Origin: Pristiophorus japonicus
Lineage: Eukaryota
Assembly: GCF_044704955.1 (NCBI RefSeq)
Contig: NC_092006.1
Span: 5,022,001-5,086,000, forward strand
DNA: 64,000 nt
Direction of reading: 5' to 3'
The stretch's first letter is position 1. Each line of letters begins with the position of its first letter. The notes beneath the pieces are model-generated. The model saw only the letters and a program-made list of their open reading frames with translations. It did not search any database and had not been told where the DNA came from. This document shows, one piece after another, positions 51,190-61,800 of the stretch. The position numbers and the translations under genes were made by a program.

Positions 51190-51545
51190 GAAACATAGAC
51201 ATAGAAACACAGAAAATAGGTGCAGGAGCAGGCCATTCGACCCTTCGAGCCTGCACCACCATTCAATATGATCATGGCTGATCATGCAACTTCAGTACCC
51301 CATTCCTGCTTTCTCTCCATACCCCCTTGATCCCTTTAGCCGTAAGGGCCACATCTAACTCCTTTTTGAATATATCCAACGAACTGGCCTCAACAACTTT
51401 CTGTGGTAGAGAATTCCACAGGTTCACAATTCTCTGAGTGAAGAAGTTTCTCCTCATCTTGGTCCTAAATGGCTTACCCCTTATCCTTAGACTGTGACCC
51501 CTGGTTCTGGACTTCCCCAACATCGGGAACATTCTTCCTGCATCT
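51190..51545 (-). mobile_element. CR1 3' fragment
   Basis: ORF 51272-51577. Confidence 0.85.
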
Positions 51546-53271
51546 AGAATTGGCTTCGAAAAGGCGGATCCCACCAATAGTGAGAGTTAATAACTAACTT
51601 TACTGCATGCATTTCTGTTCAAACTATAAACGAGGTCAGGTGTAATCGAATAAACAGGGCTCGACGATTTCTGGAGACTGGGGCAAACCGGGTTCAACTG
51701 GGTGCTGTCTATAATACACGTGTCTTAATTTCCAGAATTATCCAGATAACCAATTATTCACACGAGTGAATCTAGGTAAATAAGATTAACTCGCAGCACA
51801 ACTCATTGCAAAATCCGTCGTCCCCTTTTAGGATTGATGGAACTTTATGTCAGAATATATGGGTTTAAAAAGAACAAGTTTTTCCAGAAAGCAGCAGTAA
51901 GGGTGTGTTACCAGCTATAATCCGCAAACTCTGTATAAAACGTTGAGGGGGCTTGGAACCAGAAAAGCCAGCGTGTTGCAGACAATGTGCTGTCCCAGTA
52001 TGGAGATCTGTGCTCCAATTTATTCTGTCCCAGGCCTCAAAACAGCAAATGTGCGGTTTGGTCACTCCTGGGAATCGCCACTTCTATCATCGCGGCATCC
52101 CCACCGACACCTGGGAGTCCCTGTGGCCAAAGACCAGTGGAGGAAGTGCATCCGGGAGGGCGCTGAGCACCTCGAGTCTGGTCGCCGAGAGCGTGCAGAA
52201 ACCAAGCGCAGGCAGCGGAAGGAGCGTGCGGCAAACCTGTCCCACCCTCCCCTTACCCTCAACCACTGTCTGTCCCACCCGTGACAGGGGACTGTGGCTC
52301 TCGTATTGGACTGTTCGGCCACCGAAGGACTCATGCAAAGAGTGGAAGCGAGTCTTCCTCGATTCCGAAGGTCTGCCGACGATGATGATTATATTGTAGG
52401 ACAGCTCTGTCTTCTACGTCGATGTGTATGCGCGTCGTGCACAACGGTTGATTCACATCCGAATCATTAAAAGATTTGTTTGCCAGTGATATCAAGGGCT
52501 TTTATTTTGCACTGGAAGTTGAGAATAAATGGACCTGAAACGGGAAGTTCTACTGACAGCACTGCGGTATAGCGCCGGCTAGCGATTAAATTGATGTTGT
52601 GCAACCCCCCCCCCAAAGGCCAGTTATCGCACTCAGTACCCCAGGGTGAGAGGTTCCTTGGGTATTTGACGATCCGGACATTTCTTTGGCCAGTACCGCG
52701 CGGACCCACTAATTCAAGAGGACTGGTGGGTCAGTGCTCAGTTGAAATCTGATATCCCCCACACAACAGAGAAATGCAGTTCATTGCAGGGGTCCCGCAA
52801 ATAACCCATCTTTTAGCACCAGGAGGAGGCCATTCAGCCCCTCGAGCCTGCGGTTCCATTCAGTTAGCTCATGGGCTGATCTGTATCTTAACCCCATCCA
52901 CCTGCCTTGGTCCCATAACCCTGAATACCCTTACCCAACAAATAACTATCCATCTTAGTTTTGACATTTTACAATTGCCCCCCCCCCCAGCCTCGACAGC
53001 TTTCTGAGGTAGAGAGTTCCACATTGCCACTACCCTTTGTGTGAAGAAGGGCTTCCTGACATCAACCCTCAATGGCCTGGCTCTAATTTTAAGGTGACAT
53101 CCCCTTGTTCTGGACTCCCCCCACCAAGAGGCCATAGTTTCTCTCAATCTACCCCCTCAACTCCTTCAATCATCTTAAATACTTCAAATAGATCATTCCT
53201 TGATCTTCTATATTCAAGAGAATTCAAGCCTCGTCCATGCAAACGGTCCTCACAATTGAACTCTTTCCCAT

Positions 53272-53970
53272 AGTGTCAGCTGTGGTTGTGGGTAGCACAC
53301 TCGTCTCAGAGTCAGAAGGTCATCGGTTCAAGTCCCACTCCAGGAACTTGAGCATATAAATCCAGGATGGCACTCCCAGTGCAGTGCTGAGGGAGCGCCG
53401 CACTGTCGGAGGGGCGGTGCTGAGGGAGCGCCGCACTGTCGGAGGGGCGGTGCTGAGGGAGCGCTGCACTGTCGGAGGGGCAGTGCTGAGGGAGCGCCGC
53501 ACTGTCAGAGAGGCGGTACTGAGGGAGTGCCGCACTGTCGGAGGGGCAGTGCTGAGGGCGCGCCGCACTGTCGGAGGGGCCGTACTGAGGGAGTGCCGCA
53601 TTGTCATAGGGACGATACTGAGGGAGCGCCGCACTGTCGGAGGTGCTGTCTTTCAGATGAGACATTTAAACCGAGGCCCTGTCTGCCCTCTCAAGTGGAT
53701 GTAAAAGATCCCATGGCACTATTTCGAAGAAGAGTAGGGGAGTTATCTCTGGTTCTTGGCCAATATTTATCCCTCAATCTACAAAGCAGATGATCTGGGT
53801 CATTATCACATTGCTGTGTGTGGGAGCTTGCTGTGCGCAAATTCAGCTGCCGCGTTTCTCACATTACAACAGTAACTATACTCCAAAAGTACTTCATTGC
53901 TGTAAAGCGCAGTTTGAGACATCCAGTGGTCATGAAAGGCGCTCTATAACTGCAATGGTTTTCTTCTTTC
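53272..53970 (+). mobile_element. Deu-domain SINE with about 8 x 33-bp internal repeats
   Basis: B box GGTTCAAGTCC, Deu core and tail. Confidence 0.8.
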
Positions 53971-54812
53971 TAGCCCCTGCATAATGTATCTGTTTAAGTC
54001 TCAAATGAGGTACTGTATACTGGGATTACTCCAACCCCGGTAGATTTCTCTATTTGAACTAACCGGAACTACGCGTGAGTTGGATAAAATTTACCAAAGA
54101 TATTTGATAGCATTCCATTGCTACCACAAGTCACACACCACCTCGGGATTTCCGGATCTGCTTTACAGCCAACGGAGCAACATTTTCAAGTGTGGTCACT
54201 GGTGCAATGTCGGGACACGCGGCCAATTTCCGCACAGCAAGCTCCCACAAACTCACGCTTACCAAAAGAAAATCACTAAACTGGCTGTAAAGCGCGTTGG
54301 GACGTCCTGATGTCGTGAAAGGCACTATATAAATTCCCTAAATTAAGAAGTGTGGGTTATAGACAGGCCCCAGTCTCTAGAACTTGTCGGTCCCTGTTTA
54401 CCGATTACACCTAGTTCGAACAGAAATGCACACAGTAAAGTTAGTTATTTATTCTCAATATTGTTTCCGATCCTCCTTTTCTAAGAGGAGCCAATTCTAG
54501 TTCTCGGGTCTGTTTCTTGCACAGTCCTCGGGCCTTATCTTGTGTGTTTTTACATTCTTAACACGTCTACATTACATCTGACTTCTCCATACCTCAAATA
54601 TGTGCTCACCCCCCACCCCGTTATAGAGAAGGCTGTATGGATCCTATCCACTACCGTCTCACAATAGAGATGTTTCCACTTGTGGGAGAGCCTAGATCTA
54701 GGGGGCCATCACTATACGACAGTCACCCATAAATCCAATGGGGAATTCAGGAGAAACTTCATCACCCAGAAAATGGGGAGAATGTGGAACTCGCTGCCAA
54801 AGGGAGGGGTTG

Positions 54813-55185
54813 AAACATAGAATCATAGAAAATAGGTGCAGGAACAGGCCATTCGGCCCTTTGAACCTGCACCACCATTCAATATGATCATGGCTGATCA
54901 TGCAACTTCAGTACCCCATTCCTGCTTTCTCTCCATACCCCCTTGATCCCTTCAGCCGTAAGGACCACATCTAACTCCCTTTTGAATATATCCAACGAAC
55001 TGGCCTCAACAACTCTCTGCAGGAGAGACTTCCACAGGTTCACAATTCTCTGAGTGAAGATGTTTCTCCTCATCTCGGTCCTAGATGGCTTACCCCTTAT
55101 CCTGAGAGTGTGACCCCTGGTTCTGGACTTCCCCAACATCGGGAACATTCTTCCTGCATCTACCCGGTCCAATCCCGGCAGAATC
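54813..55185 (-). mobile_element. CR1 3' fragment
   Basis: ORF 54888-55208. Confidence 0.85.
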
Positions 55186-55559
55186 TGAGGCGAATAGTAT
55201 CGATGCATTTAAGGGGAGGCTGGATCAACACATGAGGGAGAAAGGAATAGAAGGATATGGGGATGGGGTGAGATGGAGAGTGGTGGGAGGGGCTGGTGTG
55301 GAGCATAAACCCCTCATGGAGCGGTGGGGCTGAATGATCTGTTTCTGTGATGTACATTCTCTCTAATTTTCGAGAGAAAAGTGCCCCAGTCTGTTGAGCC
55401 TTTCCTGATCAGTGTAACCTCTCTCAATTCTGGTGTCATCTTTCTGAATCTTGTTTACACCCGCTCCAGTGTCTCTATATTCTTTTGAAAGATGGAGACC
55501 AGAACCGTGCGCAGTGCTCCAAGTGTGGTCAAACTAACATGCGTAGAGACGAGGTGCCT

Positions 55560-55802
55560 TCTGTAACACAGATGGTGTGTGTGTGTTTTATCTCTTTACC
55601 TGTAAAAACAGGAAACCCACACAGAGCTTTCTGCCTTGGCACTATTTTGCAGCCCAAATCGTACATTTATTAATAAACACAGTGCGTGCTTACCACAATT
55701 GGCTCGGCATTTCACACCAGCCTCGCACAGACCTGCTGACAACCATTCCTCCCTGAGCTGACAGTCTCAGCATCAGAGTTCAACCCTCCTGGGGCAGTGA
55801 TA
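55560..55802 (+). promoter_or_regulatory. Gene D proximal promoter (ETS ACAGGAAA, RUNX ACCACA, E-box CAGATG); mirror copy for gene C at 48797-49040
   Basis: Motifs seen 100-240 bp upstream of the leader ATG; short motifs, so function is inferred. Confidence 0.4.
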
Positions 55803-55845
55803 ATGAGCTTCTGTGGCCTCTGTGTGCTGTTCTATCTCTTCCAAG
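55803..55845 (+). CDS. Gene D leader exon
   Basis: 43 nt, CAAG|gtgaga, phase 1. Confidence 0.75.
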
Positions 55846-58800
55846 GTGAGATAGCCTTCGATGTTTTGCCAGAGTGGGGAAGGGATTAGGAGAGAGTAAA
55901 CCAAGGGAAGGGTTTTGGAGCGAATTAATAAGGAAAAGGGTTTTGGAGAGAATTAATAAGGAGAAGGGTTTTGGAGAGAATTAAAAAGGAGAAGGGTTTT
56001 GGAGGGAATTAATAAGGAGAAGGGTTTTGGATAGAATTAATGAGGAGAAGGGTTTTGGAGAGAATTAATAAGGAGAAGGGTTTTGGAGAGAATTAATAAG
56101 GAGAAGGGTTTTGGATACAATTAATCAGGAGAAGGGTTTTGGATAGATTTAATAATGAGAAGGGTTTTGGATAGAATTAATAAGGAGAAGGGTTTTGGAG
56201 AGAATTAATAAGGAGAAGGGTTTTGGATAGAATTAATGAGGAGAAGGGTTTTGGAGAGAATTAATAAGGAGAAGGGTTTTGGATACAATTAATCAGGAGA
56301 AGGGTTTTGGATAGATTTAATAATGAGAAGGGTTTTGGATAGAATTAATAAGGAGAAGGGTTTTGGATAGAATTAATAAGGAGAAGAGTTTGGATAGATT
56401 TAAAAATGAGAAAGGTTTTGGATAGAATTAATAAGGAGAAGGGTATTGGAGAGAATTAATAAGGAGAAGGGTTTTGGATACAATTAATAAGGAGAAGGGT
56501 TTTGGATACAATTAATAAGGAGAAGGGTTTTGGATAGAATTAATAAGGAGAAGAGTTTGGATAGATTTAATAATGAGAAAGGTTTTGGATAGAATTAATA
56601 AGGAGAAGGGTTTTGGATACAATTAATAAGGAGAAGGGTTTTGGATAGATTTAATAATGAGAAGGGTTTTGGATAGAATTAATAAGGAGAAGGGTTTTGG
56701 AGAGAATTAATAAGGAGAAGGGTTTTGGAGATAATTAATAAGGAGAAGGGTTTTGAATAGATTTAATAATGAGAAGGGTTTTGGATAGAATTAATAAGGA
56801 GAAGGGTTTTGGATAGAATTAATAAGGAGAAGGATTTTGGACAGAATTAATAAGGAGAAGGGTTTTGGATAGAATTAATATGGAGAAGGTTTTGGAGAGA
56901 ATTAATAAGGAGAAGGGTTTTGGAGAGAATTAATAAGGGGAAGGTTTTGGAGAGAGTTAATAAGGAGGAGGGTTTTGGAAAGCATTAATAAGGAGAAGGG
57001 TTTTGGAGAGAATTAATAAGGAGACGGGTTTTGCATAGATTTAATAAGGAGAAGGGTTTTGTAGAGAATTAATAAGGAGAAGGGTTTGGAGAGAATTAAT
57101 AAGGACAAGGGTTTGCATAGATTTAATAATGAGAAGGGTTTTGGATAGATTTAATAATGAGAAGGGTTTTGGATAGAATTAATAATGAGAAGGGTTTTGG
57201 AGAGAATTAATAAGGAGAAGGGTTTTGGAGAGAATTAATAAGGAGAAGGGTTTTGGATAGAATTAATAATGAGAAGGGTTTTGGATAGAATTAATAATGA
57301 GAAGGTGTTTTGGATAGAATTAATAATGAGAACGGTTTTGGATAGAATTAATAAGGAGAAGGGTTTTGGAAAGAATTAATAAGGAGAAGGGTTTTGGAGA
57401 GAATTAATAAGGAGAAGGGTTTTGGATAGAATTAATAATGAGAAGGGTTTTGGATAGAATTAATAAGGAGAAGGGTTTTGGAAAGAATTAATAAGGAGAA
57501 GGGTTTTGGAGAGAATTAATAAGGAGAAGGGTTTTGGATAGATTTAATAAGGAGAAGGGTTTTGGATAGATTTAATAAGGAGAAGGATTTTGGATAGAAT
57601 TAATAATGAAAAGGGTTTTGGATAGAATTAATAAGGAGAAGGGTTTTGGAAAGAATTAATAAGGAGAAGGGTTTTGGAGAGAATTAATAAGGAGAAGGGT
57701 TTTGGATAGAATTAATAAGGGGAAGGTTTTGGAGAGAGTTAATAAGGAGGAGGGTTTTGGAAAGCATTAATAAGGAGAAGGGTTTTGGAGAGAATTAATA
57801 AGGAGACGGGTTTTGCATAGATTTAATAAGGAGAAGGGTTTTGAAGAGAATTAATAAGGAGCAGGGTTTGGAGAGAATTAATAAGGAGAAGGGTTTGGAT
57901 AGATTTAATAATGAGAAGGGTTTTGGATAGATTTAATAATGAGAAGGGTTTTGGATAGAATTAATAATGAGAAGGGTTTTGGAGAGAATTAATAAGGAGA
58001 AGGGTTTTGGAGAGAATTAATAAGGAGAAGGGTTTTGGATAGAATTAATAATGAGAAGGGTTTTGGATAGAATTAATAATGAGAAGGTGTTTTGGATAGA
58101 ATTAATAATGAGAACGGTTTTGGATAGAATTAATAAGGAGAAGGGTTTTGGAAAGAATTAATAAGGAGAAGGGTTTTGGAGAGAATTAATAAGGAGAAGG
58201 GTTTTGGATAGAATTAATAATGAGAAGGGTTTTGGATAGAATTAATAAGGAGAAGGGTTTTGGAAAGAATTAATAAGGAGAAGGGTTTTGGAGAGAATTA
58301 ATAAGGAGAAGGGTTTTGGATAGATTTAATAAGGAGAAGGGTTTTGGATAGATTTAATAAGGAGAAGGGTTTTGGATAGAATTAATAATGAGAAGGGTTT
58401 TGGATAGAATTAATAAGGAGAAGGGTTTTGGAGAGAATTAATAAGGAGAAGGGTTTTGAATAGATTTAATAATGAGAAGGGTTTTGGATAGAATTAATAA
58501 GGAGAAGGGTATTGGAGAGAATTAATAAGGAGAAGGGTTTTGGATACAATTAATAAGGAGAAGGGTTTTGGATACAATTAATAAGGGGAAGGGTTTTGGA
58601 TAGAATTAATAAGGAGAAGAGTTTGGATAGATTTAATAATGAGAAAGGTTTTGGATAGAATTAATAAGGAGAAGGGTTTTGGTTACAATTAATAAGGAGA
58701 AGGGTTTTGGATAGATTTAATAATGAGAAGGGTTTTGGATAGAATTAATAAGGAGAAGGGTTTTGGAGAGAATTAATAAGGAGAAGGGTTTTGGAGATAA

Positions 58801-61800
58801 TTAATAAGGAGAAGGGTTTTGAATAGATTTAATAATGAGAAGGGTTTTGGATAGAATTAATAAGGAGAAGGGTTTTGGATAGAATTAATAAGGAGAAGGA
58901 TTTTGGACAGAATTAATAAGGAGAAGGGTTTTGGATAGAATTAATATGGAGAAGGTTTTGGAGAGAATTAATAAGGAGAAGGGTTTTGGAGAGAATTAAT
59001 AAGGGGAAGGTTTTGGAGAGAGTTAATAAGGAGGAGGGTTTTGGAAAGCATTAATAAGGAGAAGGGTTTTGGAGAGAATTAATAAGGAGACGGGTTTTGC
59101 ATAGATTTAATAAGGAGAAGGGTTTTGTAGAGAATTAATAAGGAGAAGGGTTTGGAGAGAATTAATAAGGACAAGGGTTTGCATAGATTTAATAATGAGA
59201 AGGGTTTTGGATAGATTTAATAATGAGAAGGGTTTTGGATAGAATTAATAATGAGAAGGGTTTTGGAGAGAATTAATAAGGAGAAGGGTTTTGGAGAGAA
59301 TTAATAAGGAGAAGGGTTTTGGATAGAATTAATAATGAGAAGGGTTTTGGATAGAAGTAATAATGAGAAGGTGTTTTGGATAGAATTAATAATGAGAACG
59401 GTTTTGGATAGAATTAATAAGGAGAAGGGTTTTGGAAAGAATTAATAAGGAGAAGGGTTTTGGAGAGAATTAATAAGGAGAAGGGTTTTGGATAGAATTA
59501 ATAATGAGAAGGGTTTTGGATAGAATTAATAAGGAGAAGGGTTTTGGAAAGAATTAATAAGGAGAAGGGTTTTGGAGAGAATTAATAAGGAGAAGGGTTT
59601 TGGATAGATTTAATAAGGAGAAGGGTTTTGGATAGATTTAATAAGGAGAAGGATTTTGGATAGAATTAATAATGAAAAGGGTTTTGGATAGAATTAATAA
59701 GGAGAAGGGTTTTGTAAAGAATTAATAAGGAGAAGGGTTTTGGAGAGAATTAATAAGGAGAAGGGTTTTGGATAGAATTAATAAGGGGAAGGTTTTGGAG
59801 AGAGTTAATAAGGAGGAGGGTTTTGGAAAGCATTAATAAGGAGAAGGGTTTTGGAGAGAATTAATAGGAGACGGGTTTTGCATAGATTTAATAAGGAGAA
59901 GGGTTTTGAAGAGAATTAATCAGGAGAAGGGTTTTGGATAGAATTAATAATGAGAAGGGTTTTGGAGAGAATTAATAAGGAGAAGGGTTTTGGAGAGAAT
60001 TAATAAGGAGAAGGGTTTTGGATAGAATTAATAATGAGAAGGGTTTTGGATAGAATTAATAATGAGAAGGTGTTTTGGATAGAATTAATAATGAGAACGG
60101 TTTTGGATAGAATTAATAAGGAGAAGGGTTTTGGAAAGAATTAATAAGGAGAAGGGTTTTGGAGAGAATTAATAAGGAGAAGGGTTTTGGATAGAATTAA
60201 TAATGAGAAGGGTTTTGGATAGAATTAATAAGGAGAAGGGTTTTGGAAAGAATTAATAAGGAGAAGGGTTTTGGAGAGAATTAATAAGGAGAAGGGTTTT
60301 GGATAGATTTAATAAGGAGAAGGGTTTTGGATAGATTTAATAAGGAGAAGGGTTTTGTATAGAATTAATAATGAGAAGGGTTTTGGATAGAATTAACAAG
60401 GAGAAGGGTTTTGGAAAGAATTAATAAGGAGAAGGGTTTTGGAGAGAATTAATAAGGAGAAGGGTTTTGGATAGAATTAATAATGAGAAGGGTTTTGGAT
60501 AGAATTAATAATGAGAAGGAGTTTTGGATAGAATTAATAAGGAGATGGGTTTTGGAGAGAATTAATAAGGAGAAGGGTTTTGGAGAGAATTAATAAGGAG
60601 AAGCGTTTTGGAGAGAATTAATAAGGAGAAGGGTTTTGGAGAGAATTAATAAGGAGAAGCGTTTTGGAGAGAATTAATAAGGAGACGGGTTTTGGAGAGA
60701 ATTAATAAGGAGACGGGTTTTGGAGAGAATTAATAAGGAGAAGGGTTTTGGAGAGAATTAATAAGGAGACGGGTTTTGGAGAGAATTAATAAGGAGACGA
60801 GTTTTGGAGAGAATTAATAAGGAGAAGGGTTTTGGAGAGAATTAATAAGGAGAAGGTTTCCGATCGAGTAAAGAAGGAGAGATTGTTTCCAGTGGGAGGA
60901 GGGTGTGGGTAAGCAGAGGACACATGTTTGAGATAATCGGTAACAGAACCAGAGGTGGAGTTCAGGACGTGTTTTCAAGCCCTGGGAGCTTGTGCTCGGG
61001 AACGCGCTGCCTGAAAGGGGCACTGGGAGCAGATGAAAAAGTGACTTTCAAACGGGGGAATTGGATAAATATTTGGAAAGAGGCAATATGCCGGGCTGTG
61101 GGGAAAGAGCAGGGGCGGAGTGGGAATGATTGAGTCGCTCTGTCACAGAGCCGGCACAACACAGGTTTGATGGGCCGAATGGCCTCCTGTGTTGCATCGT
61201 TCGATGATGCACAAGTTTGCGTTTAACTATAATTTTTTTAAGAAGCAGATTAGATATTGGGCAAAGTATAAAGGTGTGCGGGCTTCGCTCAATACCGATA
61301 GCGCGACTTTGGAGCCGAACATTGTGATGGGTGAGTGGAAGCGAATGTGACACTGAACTGCCCCCTAACTGAGATAAAGATGTCAGTGAACTCCGGTATT
61401 TGAAGGCGAGGGTCTGCCGTTGGGAGAGGGGGGCCTGTCTAGTGGAATTAGTGAGAAAGCTATCGCCCCATTTTAACACAATCAAGCGCCCCCCCCGGTC
61501 CCCAACCCCTGGAGAGATGGACTGGAGAGCCGGGTTAGACCAGGGGGAAGCATAATCGGTTTGGGAGAAGGCTTTTGCAATCTTAACTGCAGCCAGTCGC
61601 CATGGTGCTCGCCAATGATTGGAGCGGATTTCACAGCGAACTGACTCGGACTGTGCGCCTGTGGTAATTGCGGGCGGAGAGGCGCAATTTAACGGTGCGC
61701 AGCGCGGCGGAATTTCCCACACGCGCTCCCGACGCGCCAGTGGAGGGGAATTTGAGATGTGTCGGTATCCAGGGTGACTCGGGGGCCTATAACCTGTTGT

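Noticed and set aside
55910-60858. 28-bp array as CRISPR or Ig switch region
   Set aside because: Head-to-tail units without spacers; lacks AGCT/GAGCT switch motifs and lies in the leader-V intron
61595-61800. Alternative first exon from Kozak-like GTCGCCATGG in the CpG-rich intron (mirror 44640-44840)
   Set aside because: Not a signal peptide, and the D copy has an early stop (LW*); proper leaders exist upstream
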